DNA of 64,000 nt from Lachnospiraceae bacterium (lineage in GTDB: Bacteria; Bacillota; Clostridia; Lachnospirales; Lachnospiraceae), in contig JAFYWF010000116.1 of NCBI GenBank assembly GCA_017558145.1, positions 4,415 through 68,414 on the forward strand. The letters run 5' to 3'. The notes beneath the pieces are model-generated. The model saw only the letters and a list, made by a program, of their open reading frames with translations. It did not search any database and was not told the DNA's origin. Of this stretch, positions 27,204 to 36,740 are shown one piece after another; within the stretch, counting starts at the first letter, position 1, and every line of letters starts with the position of its first letter. Both the position numbers and the translations under genes were made by a program.

Positions 27204-28532
27204 TTACTTTTTATAAATAAATATATTCTCGTCGCTTACATTTACATTTATTAACTGTTCCTTTATGTCCTTTGCATGTTTTTGATTAGCTATAGCAAAG
27301 CATGCATTGGGATATTTTCTTATACAATTCATCGGCGACTCAATAACATGCTCCCCATACTTAATTCCCCATTTTTTATTATCATTATCACAAACAGCAA
27401 CAATTGAAAAGCATTTTTTCTCTAATAACAAATATAAATCTCGTCCATATTTTCCACATCCAAATATAATAATTTGCTTATTCTGTATTCCCCTTAAGAA
27501 CAAATCCTTATTAAGGCTTACCCTCTTATCTCTATTCTTTAAATATTCAATAAAATTATTGGAAGATTCCAACAAGCTACTTAACAAAAACCAGGTTTCT
27601 TCGCTGTAATCATCTTTTGATAATATCCCCTGATGTATAGCTTTATTCAATTTTTCTTTAAACCAATCATAATATTCATCCCATTCGTTCAACTTAGTAT
27701 AATTATTCATTTGAGATATTTTCACATATTGTCTCAAAAACGAATAACTCATTCGTCTATAAAAACCTTTAGCATATCTCTCTGTTAAATGATTGGATAA
27801 TACATTTTCTTCCAATAGCCAACGAAATTCTTGAAAAGAATATTTCAACACATTTTTAGTATTAGAAGATGCTCCATCTCGATCCATACAATAACAATAA
27901 CAACATTTTTGAAGGTATACTGCCCGTTTTGCATGATACATCACCTGCATAGAAAAACCTATATCTTGAAATGCAGCACCAGGAGTTTCATGAAATCTGA
28001 TACTATTACTAGTCAAAAAATCCTTATTATATATTCCTTTCCAAATACTGTGATCACGTTCAAGAACATCTATTATATTTTGTGGTTTCACAACAGTTTC
28101 ATAGTCATTTTTGCTCTGGAAAAGATGCTCTTCACTAAATAAACGTTCTCCACTTAGCAAAGTAAAAAAAGATTTATAATCCGCTTTCACATAATCGACA
28201 TTTTCTTTCTCTGCACAATTATAAAGAGTTTCATACATATCAGAAACAACAAAATCATCCGTTTCAACAATTCCAATATATTTACCTTTTGCAACATCCA
28301 ACCCCATATTTAGTTGATAACCATAACTCTTAATTTCACTATGTAATAACTTTACTCTACTATCTATATCAGCATATTTTTGAAGAATCTCCTTGGTTCC
28401 ATCTGTGGACCCCGCGTCAATACAGATTATCTCCAACTCCTTTAATGTCTGTTTGAGTACACTATTAATACATTCTCCAATATATGACTTTACATTTAAA
28501 GATGGTAAAATAACTGATACTGCTGGTTTCAT
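27204..28532 (-). CDS. GT2 glycosyltransferase with C-terminal Rossmann-like FGxG...DN..WG module
   Basis: VSVILPSLNVKSYIGECINSVLKQTLKELEIICIDAGSTDGT...ETDD. The C-terminus is KQIIIFGCGKYGRDL...VCDNDNKKWGIKYGEHVIESP. Confidence 0.8.
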   Translation of the reverse strand: MKPAVSVILPSLNVKSYIGECINSVLKQTLKELEIICIDAGSTDGTKEILQKYADIDSRVKLLHSEIKSYGYQLNMGLDVAKGKYIGIVETDDFVVSDMYETLYNCAEKENVDYVKADYKSFFTLLSGERLFSEEHLFQSKNDYETVVKPQNIIDVLERDHSIWKGIYNKDFLTSNSIRFHETPGAAFQDIGFSMQVMYHAKRAVYLQKCCYCYCMDRDGASSNTKNVLKYSFQEFRWLLEENVLSNHLTERYAKGFYRRMSYSFLRQYVKISQMNNYTKLNEWDEYYDWFKEKLNKAIHQGILSKDDYSEETWFLLSSLLESSNNFIEYLKNRDKRVSLNKDLFLRGIQNKQIIIFGCGKYGRDLYLLLEKKCFSIVAVCDNDNKKWGIKYGEHVIESPMNCIRKYPNACFAIANQKHAKDIKEQLINVNVSDENIFIYKK

Positions 28533-28651
28533 CTAATTTTCCTCGTTTACTCTCTATTTTTCTGTTTCTGACCATACATGCTCTAAATTATTAGCAAACA
28601 ATTCCCACGTGTAACATTTCTTATCTTTTCTCACTTATTCCTTGGTGTCTC

Positions 28652-30124
28652 CTATTCCCAAATACAATACCAACGCTCTGCTATCTTATCCCATGATGAA
28701 TGCTCCCATACTAATTCTCTATTTCCCATACATCTATACTTATATTCATCTACATGCTTTACAATATCTTCTATTACTTCTGTAAGCTCTTTTATCTCAT
28801 TCACACCAACAAAATAAATTCCTTTATCTTGTAAATTCTGATAGGGCAACCATTTTCCTGCAATAATAATACTTCCGGCATACATTTCTTCAAGCATCGT
28901 AGAGCTTAATTGATCCGTCGTCTGTACATGAATCATGATATCTGATATTAATGCATATTCAGCCATATCCTCAAAAGTCATATATTCCTTCAAAATAATA
29001 CCTTCAATACTACCATCACTCAATCTTTGTATAATTTCTTTTTCATATTCTTTATCTTTCACACCATAAGTCATTGGAAATACACATACTATTTGCTCTT
29101 TTATTTCATCGGATAGTTGAAGCAACGCATCTACCATTTTCAAATGTTGATGTTCTTTATTTGCATTATGACCACAAGTTACAATCAACTTGTCATTATC
29201 TATGTGAAATTTCTTTCGTATTTCCTCTTTTGAACATTTCCTTTTGCTTTTAATATAATCCAAAACCTCCACCCCATAAGGAAGAGCTCTTATTTTGTTT
29301 CTATCAATTTCTTGAAAATATGCAAGAAAATTATTAACTGTACATTCTGTATCAGCTGTAATTATATCTGCACATGAAATAAGCTTTTTCTTGTATTCTT
29401 TCTCAGCCACAATAGAGCGATAGAAATCACTACCACCCACTTTAATATTCAAACGTTTTGATTTCTTTCTGATTAATTTTGTAAAAAATACCCATTCTCG
29501 TTCTATCCACAATAATTGTATTACGTCATATACTGGTATTTTTTCCAATATAGACTTTATGTCCTCCATAGTATTATAACAATAAATATGTATCAGCTTA
29601 TCTGACTGTATCAAATTTTTACTTTCATATGCATTTGTTAATAATGACAGTTCAATATCTTCATACCTTTTTGACATATTTTCAATTAACTGTTTAACAT
29701 AAGGAGTAAAAAAAGAGCAGCAAAGCAAAATCTTTTTCTTGTCATTTTCCTGCACTTTTCTTTGCAATAAATCATACTGTTTTAATGGAATGTCCGTACT
29801 GTCTAATTTCTCCTCTATAACGGAATAAATTCCACAAACCATCCCTTCCTTTGTTCTATTTAGATAACACATATATATTCGTTCTTCTTTTACGCCCATA
29901 TTAAGTAATTGATTTACTATTTCCATAGCATACTTTGAAGATGTAATAACAATAGCGCATTCCGTATTTATAATTATAGATGGGGCTTCTATTACATAAG
30001 CCCCTATCCTTGTTCCCCATAACTTCTCATTATTATCTATTACAGCTTGAATTTGATACTGTTCTTCTAAAAAAGGCAAGCATTTTTTACCAACTGCACC
30101 TGTTCCAAACACAATTATATTCAT
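28652..30124 (-). CDS. N-terminal Rossmann-like FGxG...DN..WG module fused to a GT-B-like glycosyltransferase (WecF/GT56-like pattern, weak)
   Basis: MNIIVFGTGAVGKKCL...VIDNNEKLWGTRIGAYVIEAPS. Later CGHNANKEHQHLKMVDAL, FPMTYGV..KEYEKEI and VQTTDQLSSTMLEEMYAGSIII. Confidence 0.45.
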   Translation of the reverse strand: MNIIVFGTGAVGKKCLPFLEEQYQIQAVIDNNEKLWGTRIGAYVIEAPSIIINTECAIVITSSKYAMEIVNQLLNMGVKEERIYMCYLNRTKEGMVCGIYSVIEEKLDSTDIPLKQYDLLQRKVQENDKKKILLCCSFFTPYVKQLIENMSKRYEDIELSLLTNAYESKNLIQSDKLIHIYCYNTMEDIKSILEKIPVYDVIQLLWIEREWVFFTKLIRKKSKRLNIKVGGSDFYRSIVAEKEYKKKLISCADIITADTECTVNNFLAYFQEIDRNKIRALPYGVEVLDYIKSKRKCSKEEIRKKFHIDNDKLIVTCGHNANKEHQHLKMVDALLQLSDEIKEQIVCVFPMTYGVKDKEYEKEIIQRLSDGSIEGIILKEYMTFEDMAEYALISDIMIHVQTTDQLSSTMLEEMYAGSIIIAGKWLPYQNLQDKGIYFVGVNEIKELTEVIEDIVKHVDEYKYRCMGNRELVWEHSSWDKIAERWYCIWE

Positions 30125-30141
30125 TTTTATCCAAATCTCCT

Positions 30142-30708
30142 TTACCCTTTCTCACATAACTCCTTATCTTTTTCAAAATACTCTCTGCCACAAGACGAAC
30201 ATATCTTTTTTTTATTCAAGCGTTCTCCACACTTACATACCCATCCTATCTGTTTTGCCGGAACTCCTGCCATCAAGGCATAATCTGGTACATTCATTGT
30301 AACAACAGCTCCCGCCGCAATGAACGCCCACTTACCAATTATATGACCACATACTATTGTTGCATTTGCTCCTATGCTTGCTCCTTGCTTAACCAGCGTC
30401 TTTTTATATCCAACTGTACCTTTCGGAAATGGTGCTCGCGGTGTTAAATCATTTGTAAATACACATGAAGGACCACAGAACACCTCATCTTCTATCTCTA
30501 CACCTTCATAAATAGAAACATTATTCTGTATCTTTACACCATTTCCAATTTTTACATGATTTGAAACATTGACATTCTGCCCTAAAGAACAATTCTTCCC
30601 AATATGAGCACCTTTCTGAATATGGCAAAAATACCATATTTTTGTATTCTCCCCTATTTCTACCCCCTCATCAATGTAACTACTCTCATGCACAAAATAA
30701 TTCTTCAT
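30142..30708 (-). CDS. Hexapeptide-repeat (left-handed beta-helix) amino-sugar N-acetyltransferase, WbpD/WlbB-like, with a C-terminal Cys4 ribbon
   Basis: VHESSYIDEGVEIGENTKIWYFCHIQKGAHIGKNCSLGQNVNVSNHVKIGNGVKIQNNVSIYEGVEIEDEVFCGPS, with the tail CKCG...CSSCG. Confidence 0.75.
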   Translation of the reverse strand: MKNYFVHESSYIDEGVEIGENTKIWYFCHIQKGAHIGKNCSLGQNVNVSNHVKIGNGVKIQNNVSIYEGVEIEDEVFCGPSCVFTNDLTPRAPFPKGTVGYKKTLVKQGASIGANATIVCGHIIGKWAFIAAGAVVTMNVPDYALMAGVPAKQIGWVCKCGERLNKKKICSSCGREYFEKDKELCEKG

Positions 30709-30710
30709 TC

Positions 30711-31841
30711 TTAGCGCTCCATATACTCTACAATTTTTTCTATTACTTTATCCGCATCCTTCATATCCATATAAGGATGAAATGGCAAAGACAACACCGT
30801 CTGACTTAAATGAATCGTATTCTGATAATTTTCATCTGCATATTCATATTTCTCAAATGCCTTCTGCTGATGCATTGGCTTCTGATAATACACTGCTGTT
30901 GGAATCCCATTATCTTTCAAAAACTGTTGTAACTCATCTCTATCATTCTGATTTTCTACTTGTATGGTATATTGTGCCCAACTTGAACGATATCCCTCTT
31001 TTACACTCGGAATCTTTACATAAGCACTTAATTTCTCATTATAATACTGTGCTAGTTTCTCCACCTCTATTAGTTCTTTCTGTTCAAATATCGGTAATTT
31101 TGCTAATAGAACTGATGCTTGAATAGTATCTAATCTGGAGTTCATTCCTATACGAATATTATCATATTTTGATTCACCTTTTCCATGAACTCTCAATGAT
31201 TTAATTACTTCTGCCCACTCATCACAATTCGTAAAAATTGCACCACCATCACCATAACAACCTAATGGTTTTGCCGGAAAAAAGCTAGTGGTTGCTACAT
31301 CACCAAAAGAACAGGCTCTTGCCTCTCCAATTCTACCACCAAACCCTTGTGCGCCATCCTCCAAAATGTACATATGATATTTTTCAGCAAGTTTTCTTAT
31401 TGCTTCATATTCTGCCGGTTGTCCAAACAAATCTACAGAAATAATCACTTTAGGGGTTAATTTTCCTTCTGCTATAACCTTCTCAATCATATATTGCAAG
31501 CTATCTATACTGATATTGCAGGTATCTTTATCAACATCTACAAATATTGGTGTTGCTCCTACTGCCGCAACTACTTCTCCGCTAGAAAAAAATGTAAAAT
31601 CGGGCACAAATACCGCATCCATAACACCTACATTCCATGCTATCAATGATAACTGTAACGCATCTGTACCATTTGCACATGTAATGCAATGCTTTACACC
31701 TACATACTCCGCCAAAGCATTCTCGAGTTCCACTACCTGACTTCCCATAATGAAATTTGCATCATTCAGTACCTTTTGTATGTTTTGATCAATTTGCATT
31801 TTCATACTAGCATATTGTTTTCTTAAGTCCCTAAACTCCAC
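30711..31841 (-). CDS. DegT/DnrJ/EryC1/StrS-family PLP sugar aminotransferase (WbpE-like); GTG start
   Basis: 376 aa. ...CANGTDALQL..., DVATTSFFPAKPLGCYGDGGAIFT (PLP-lysine region) and SLPFHPYM. Confidence 0.85.
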   Translation of the reverse strand: MEFRDLRKQYASMKMQIDQNIQKVLNDANFIMGSQVVELENALAEYVGVKHCITCANGTDALQLSLIAWNVGVMDAVFVPDFTFFSSGEVVAAVGATPIFVDVDKDTCNISIDSLQYMIEKVIAEGKLTPKVIISVDLFGQPAEYEAIRKLAEKYHMYILEDGAQGFGGRIGEARACSFGDVATTSFFPAKPLGCYGDGGAIFTNCDEWAEVIKSLRVHGKGESKYDNIRIGMNSRLDTIQASVLLAKLPIFEQKELIEVEKLAQYYNEKLSAYVKIPSVKEGYRSSWAQYTIQVENQNDRDELQQFLKDNGIPTAVYYQKPMHQQKAFEKYEYADENYQNTIHLSQTVLSLPFHPYMDMKDADKVIEKIVEYMER

Positions 31842-31852
31842 GTATTTTACCT

Positions 31853-32929
31853 CTACTTATTAAATCTACCTACAAAATCCATTGTCGAACAATCTGTTAA
31901 TGGAAGTTTAATACTTTTACCTTCCGCTGCTGACTTATAAATTGCTAATACCAATTCCATTGCTTTCTTACCATCCATCGCAGTAATATATGGCTGTCTA
32001 TCATTTTCTATGGCATTTATCATATCTGCATATAGCGGTGTATGACCATAGCCATATACATTCGGTGGATTCTCGTGGAATCTCTCCTTCACTACCTCCG
32101 GATCATCTAGTAAATCTGAAAATCTCCATTCTTCAATTATATTTACCGATTGTCCTCCTGCCTTCACGGTACCTTTCTCCCCAAATATATATAATGTCTC
32201 TTCTAAGTTTTTAGGATAAACATTTGTGGTCCCATCAATCATCCCATAACTTCCATTTTTAAACTTTACTAAAGCAATTCCTAAATCTTCCGCTTCTATG
32301 TAGTCATGATTTAATTTGTCTGTCATACCCACTACTTCTACAATTTCACTTCCCATCATCCAACGAAGCAAGTCAATATTATGAATACATTGATTCATTA
32401 ATGCACCACCATCCTGTGCCCACGTACCACGCCAATCTGCTCTATCATAGTACTCATGGTCTCTGCACCATCTGATATGTGCTGTTCCATAAAAAAGTCT
32501 ACCAAAACGATTCATATCTATCGCTTCTCTGATAATCTGTACTGACTTATTAAATCGATTCTGATGACATGCACTAACCTTCACATGATACTTTATAGCA
32601 GCTGCAATAATTGCATCCGCATCCTTTATAGATAAAGCAATCGGTTTCTCTATAATGCAATGACAACCATGTTCAATACAATATAGTGCAATTTCTGCAT
32701 GCTTACCACTTTCCGTGCATATTGCAACTAACTCCGGTTTTTCTTTATCCAACATTTCCTTATAATCAGTATGGCTTTTTACTTCCTCCCCAAGTTTAAA
32801 TTTCAATCTTTTGTCTTCCATACATGCTTCTACCACATCACAAATCGCTACTATTTCTAACTTATTATTCTGTGCTGCCACTATATGATTTGGTGAGATT
32901 CTGCCACATCCAATTAATGCATATCTCAT
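31853..32929 (-). CDS. Gfo/Idh/MocA-family NAD sugar oxidoreductase (WbpB-like)
   Basis: MRYALIGCGRISPNH..., EKPIALS, and a C-terminal alpha/beta dimerisation domain. It sits next to the aminotransferase and acetyltransferase. Confidence 0.75.
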   Translation of the reverse strand: MRYALIGCGRISPNHIVAAQNNKLEIVAICDVVEACMEDKRLKFKLGEEVKSHTDYKEMLDKEKPELVAICTESGKHAEIALYCIEHGCHCIIEKPIALSIKDADAIIAAAIKYHVKVSACHQNRFNKSVQIIREAIDMNRFGRLFYGTAHIRWCRDHEYYDRADWRGTWAQDGGALMNQCIHNIDLLRWMMGSEIVEVVGMTDKLNHDYIEAEDLGIALVKFKNGSYGMIDGTTNVYPKNLEETLYIFGEKGTVKAGGQSVNIIEEWRFSDLLDDPEVVKERFHENPPNVYGYGHTPLYADMINAIENDRQPYITAMDGKKAMELVLAIYKSAAEGKSIKLPLTDCSTMDFVGRFNK

Positions 32930-32951
32930 ATTATTCCCTCCTATTCGTAAA

Positions 32952-33893
32952 TTACTTAAAATAATAATTTTGATTCTTAGTTGCTCTTACCCATAAAACT
33001 CCCCGTCTATCCTCTTCAATCTTTTCTATTAGTCTATTGTTCTTTACATTCAAATAAGCATCTTTTTCATCTGCATATGCTAAACGATATGTACTAATAT
33101 TAAAATATTTTAATAGCATATCTTCTAATAACGATACTGTTAAAGTATATGGCACCGTTTCCGTTTTAGGCTCATTTATATTAAAACTAGCTAATAATGT
33201 TCCATTGTGTTTTAATATTCTTATTAATTCCTTACACATACTTTCCAAATCCCTTACATGATCTAAAGCATTAGTTGTCACCAAAACATCTACACTTTCA
33301 TCAGGTAAAGGTATGTATTGCTCACTTGATGTTACATATACCATTTCATGTGTTATCATATTATCACCAAACTTCTTTAAGTATTCCGGAACTAATACAT
33401 CTATCCCTATTTTCATCGTTGGAGTGTTCGTCCATTTCAAACTACCTCTTGGTCCACATCCAAAGTCTGCTACAATTTTATTCTTCCAAAATTCATCACT
33501 CGATTCTTCTGCTATTGAAAGCATGAAATCTTTGTAAAAATCATTCTTAAACTCCAATTTTTCTTCCTGATATCTTACTTTCCAAAAATCCAATTCAGCT
33601 TCATATTTATTTTCCGGAATTGCAATTGTAATAATTTTATCAATAGGAATCGCATATAACTTCACTAATTGTTCTTTAATTTCCAAATTATATTTTTTCG
33701 TACATAATAAAATTTCATCAAACTGATAATCCATCAAATTCTGGGGAGCGATAATTTCTACACCATTATAAGTGCTTCCCCATTTATTTTTGTCATTATC
33801 ACAGAATGCAATTATATCATATTCTGCAAGCATATCTCTCATAATTACTCTTTTTAAATATTGCCCTACCCCGAATACAACAACTTTCTTCAC
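32952..33893 (-). CDS. N-terminal Rossmann-like FGxG...DN..WG module fused to a class I SAM methyltransferase; GTG start
   Basis: KKVVVFGVGQYLKR...FCDNDKNKWGSTYNGVEIIAPQ, then IVADFGCGPRG and LVTTNALDHVRDLESMCKELIRILKHNGTLL. Confidence 0.75.
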   Translation of the reverse strand: MKKVVVFGVGQYLKRVIMRDMLAEYDIIAFCDNDKNKWGSTYNGVEIIAPQNLMDYQFDEILLCTKKYNLEIKEQLVKLYAIPIDKIITIAIPENKYEAELDFWKVRYQEEKLEFKNDFYKDFMLSIAEESSDEFWKNKIVADFGCGPRGSLKWTNTPTMKIGIDVLVPEYLKKFGDNMITHEMVYVTSSEQYIPLPDESVDVLVTTNALDHVRDLESMCKELIRILKHNGTLLASFNINEPKTETVPYTLTVSLLEDMLLKYFNISTYRLAYADEKDAYLNVKNNRLIEKIEEDRRGVLWVRATKNQNYYFK

Positions 33894-33925
33894 CTTAACA
33901 TATCCTCCTTCTAAATCATATTACC

Positions 33926-35296
33926 TTAATTATCTCTATCTAACGATTCAATTATTGTCAACAGATTATTCCCTATATATTCATAGTCAAATTTCAAAAG
34001 TACTTCCTCGTTAGGATTATGTTCTAATCTCCCTTTACCTATAAACTCTTTATACTTTCCTTTCAAATATTCATATAATTCTTTTGTATCTGTTTCTGCA
34101 TGTGACTCTTCATATGCACATCCTAGATTCCCACTTCGTATAATCTCCGCCAATTCACTATGTTCTATATCACCATTTATAATGGCTATGATCGGTTTGT
34201 TTGCAGACATATATTCCAATGCTTTTCCCGTGATAACTCCACCTACTTCTGTCTGATAATCAAAAGAGGACACCAATAATACATCCGACTCCATTTGCAA
34301 TTGCAATGAATCTTTTCGGGTTAACATTCCGCAATATACACAGTTATTTTCTAATTCATATTTCTTTGCCTGTGCTCTAAACACTTCATATGCCGATTGC
34401 TTTCCTGCATACAGAAATTCTACTCTATCGACATCTATTACGTTTTCGTCTATCAGAACTCTTATATTACAAAAAAATGAAGATAAATCCTGTAGTCCGC
34501 CATACATCCCTCCTGTATAGGCAAATCTCAATTTACCATTTATTCTTTCTTTTACATGTATACCTAACCTATCTCGTTTATCATATCCATTGGTTACACA
34601 ATATGCCTTATGCCGATATTTATGAGAAACTCTTTCACATATTCCTTTTGATACAGCCGTAATACAATCTGCTTCTCTCCATACATATCGTTCTTGATTT
34701 TTCGCAATCCATCTCACATATTTAGGTGTAAATTTATACCGACAAATAGAATCTCTTATATCAAATATCCAAATAATACTTTTATTCTTTTTATGAATAT
34801 ATTTACCAATAAAATATCCAAATAAGCCTCCATACGATGTAAACAAAAAATTTTGTTCCCAATGCCCTTCCAACTGTTTTCTCGCCATTTTTGCCAAATC
34901 ATATTGACGCAATAATTCCACTAAATAATCTAAGCTTCCAATTACCGGATATGCCACTTCAAAAGGAAAAAATTCATACTTTCCAGTCTTTCGATTAATT
35001 TTAATTCGATTATCCAAATTATCATATCTTTTATTTTTTATTGGCGTCATTATTTTTTTATACATTGAAACTATATTTTTTCCTTTACAAGAATTTTCAA
35101 TCCAAATAACTTCTATCCCCTCTGCATCTCTTTCTAAAATCTCATCTTTTATTTCACTATATTTTTTTTCCGCCAAAATAGTCACTTTATATCCTTGCAA
35201 ATGCAAATACCTTGCTATCTTCGTAAGTCGCACGGCAGCAATAGTATTATCCGGTGCAAAGTAATTACAAGCAATCAATATTTTTTTTCCCTGCAT
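33926..35296 (-). CDS. GT-B fold glycosyltransferase (GT4-like)
   Basis: KKILIACNYFAPDNTIAAVRLTKIARYLHLQGYKVTIL and, in the C-terminal domain, GGVITGKALEYMSANKPIIA. Confidence 0.6.
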   Translation of the reverse strand: MQGKKILIACNYFAPDNTIAAVRLTKIARYLHLQGYKVTILAEKKYSEIKDEILERDAEGIEVIWIENSCKGKNIVSMYKKIMTPIKNKRYDNLDNRIKINRKTGKYEFFPFEVAYPVIGSLDYLVELLRQYDLAKMARKQLEGHWEQNFLFTSYGGLFGYFIGKYIHKKNKSIIWIFDIRDSICRYKFTPKYVRWIAKNQERYVWREADCITAVSKGICERVSHKYRHKAYCVTNGYDKRDRLGIHVKERINGKLRFAYTGGMYGGLQDLSSFFCNIRVLIDENVIDVDRVEFLYAGKQSAYEVFRAQAKKYELENNCVYCGMLTRKDSLQLQMESDVLLVSSFDYQTEVGGVITGKALEYMSANKPIIAIINGDIEHSELAEIIRSGNLGCAYEESHAETDTKELYEYLKGKYKEFIGKGRLEHNPNEEVLLKFDYEYIGNNLLTIIESLDRDN

Positions 35297-35402
35297 TTTC
35301 GCTCCTCGTTCTATTCATTTGATTCTAACATCGCTGCATCTAAATAAGTTATTTTCTCATCTTCAATTTCTTTATTTTCGAATTTTGTCAAATAATTTCT
35401 TT

Positions 35403-36530
35403 TTACTTACCTAAATACTCTTTTTCAATTATTTTCACTTGATCGCGCAGATTATATCCTGCATTAACAAGCTTCTCTGGAGTTTTCTCTCTCTTATTTT
35501 CATCTAAGCTGTATTCACTATATAGTGACATAATCTTCTCTTTCCATTTACATTGTTCCAAGGGCAAAAATGAAACATTATCACATATCTTAACTTCTTC
35601 TGTAATCTCTGAACTCGCAATACAACATACACCCGATGCTTGTGCTTCTATCATTGATAATGGTAATCCTTCAAATCGCGATGGCAAACAAAAAATATCC
35701 ATAGCAGAATACCAATTATAAATATCATCTCTATGTCCCAAAAACAAAACATCATTTTCTAATTTAAGTTCTTTAACCTTTCTCTTGACTTCTGGTAATA
35801 ATTCTCCATCTCCCAAAAGTACCAATTTTATATTGTCTACTTCTTTAGTAAGTTCATAAAACACATTTATTAAAAAATCATGGTTTTTTTGATAAACGAA
35901 TCTTCCAATGTGTCCTATAACAAAATAATCTTCCATTTCATTTGCTCTTCTATATTCTTTGCGTACTTCAGAATTAAAAGCAAATTTATCCAATTCAATA
36001 GCATTAGGCATTACTTTTATTTTCTTTTTATCTATCTGTTCTCCAAACAAAAATTCCCCGGCTTTTTTAGAGCATGCCCAATAATCTGTTGCCATTTTTT
36101 CAGTAAAATTACGTTTTGTTTCCTCATGCAATTTTATTTCCAAATCTCTTTTTTTACTATCCAGTGTATCAATACCAGCATTATGTGCATGTACAATTAT
36201 TTTTTTTACTCCTTTTTCTTTACAGATTTGTTCTACTAAGAAACTCTTCCACTGTTTTGTGTGCAAATGAACTATATCGTATCTTTCATCTAGAATTTTT
36301 TCAAATTCATATCTAAACTGTTCCTTATTATCTTCAGCATAACAAGATATATAATGAATTTTGCTACCTGTTTGTATAATTTCATTTTCAAAATCAATTT
36401 TTTTACTCATAGTTGCAAAATCACAATGGAAACAATCTTTATCCATAAATTTCCAGTTATTTAGTGCATAATGCGTAATTCCCCCGTTTGAATTAGCTAT
36501 CGGAAATTGTAAAATTTTTATTTTATTCAT
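35403..36530 (-). CDS. GT4 (glycosyl transferase group 1) glycosyltransferase
   Basis: ORF 35403..36548 with FCLPSRFEGLPLSMIEAQASGVCCIAS (the E-x7-E region). The start is uncertain. ATG 36548 lies inside a leader hairpin. ATG 36530 (MNKIKILQFP) follows the U-tract but has no clear SD. Confidence 0.8.
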   Translation of the reverse strand: MNKIKILQFPIANSNGGITHYALNNWKFMDKDCFHCDFATMSKKIDFENEIIQTGSKIHYISCYAEDNKEQFRYEFEKILDERYDIVHLHTKQWKSFLVEQICKEKGVKKIIVHAHNAGIDTLDSKKRDLEIKLHEETKRNFTEKMATDYWACSKKAGEFLFGEQIDKKKIKVMPNAIELDKFAFNSEVRKEYRRANEMEDYFVIGHIGRFVYQKNHDFLINVFYELTKEVDNIKLVLLGDGELLPEVKRKVKELKLENDVLFLGHRDDIYNWYSAMDIFCLPSRFEGLPLSMIEAQASGVCCIASSEITEEVKICDNVSFLPLEQCKWKEKIMSLYSEYSLDENKREKTPEKLVNAGYNLRDQVKIIEKEYLGK

Positions 36531-36646
36531 AAAACATCGAAAAGGCATCGAAACCGAAGCCTTTTTTCCCCTTTCAACAATATTAAATCACTTCCTTGTG
36601 ACAACTTATCTCAAAGTTTTGCTTCCTTGCATCTATTCTACTTTTT
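36528..36646 (-). ncRNA. Conserved 5' leader, copy L1 (twin GGA-loop hairpins plus a terminator-like hairpin)
   Basis: In RNA sense: UGC-AAGGAA-GCA (rc 36620-36631), UCAC-AAGGAA-GUGA (rc 36588-36601), and GGCUUCG-GUUU-CGAUGCC followed by UUUU (rc 36540-36561). It is homologous block-by-block to 41455-41618. Confidence 0.5.
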
Positions 36647-36674
36647 ATATCGGAAAGTTTTTATTAATTCTTTA
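36647..36674 (-). promoter_or_regulatory. Sigma-D/sigma-28-type promoter (TAAA-N17-CCGATAT), copy L1
   Basis: Minus strand: TAAA (rc 36671-36674), 17-nt spacer, CCGATAT (rc 36647-36653). It lies just downstream of a terminator. Confidence 0.6.
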
Positions 36675-36704
36675 CCCTCTATCAATATTCACAAAACCAA
36701 CAAT

Positions 36705-36726
36705 AAGGTGCCTTTTTTGGCACCTT
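36705..36726 (-). terminator. Rho-independent terminator after the TagF-like gene
   Basis: aaggtgcc (36705-36712), loop tttttt, ggcacctt (36719-36726). The minus-strand downstream sequence is auuguugguuuug. Confidence 0.6.
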
Positions 36727-36740
36727 ACTCGTTCTTCTAC

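Noticed and set aside
28533-28651. 27-aa GTG ORF in the intergenic gap (rc ~28546-28629), ...CYTWELFANNLEHVWSETEK*
   Set aside because: It is too short and has no motif. It is possibly a relic of a gene end; compare the ...VWEHSSWDKIAERWYCIWE* C-terminus of the upstream gene. It is not reported as a feature.
36546-36548. ATG at 36548 as the start of the GT4 gene (as in the ORF track)
   Set aside because: It lies inside the leader hairpin GGCUUCGGUUUCGAUGCC and has only a distant AAGG. The protein family alignment begins near MNKIKILQFP (ATG 36530). That ATG also lacks a clear SD, so the start remains uncertain.
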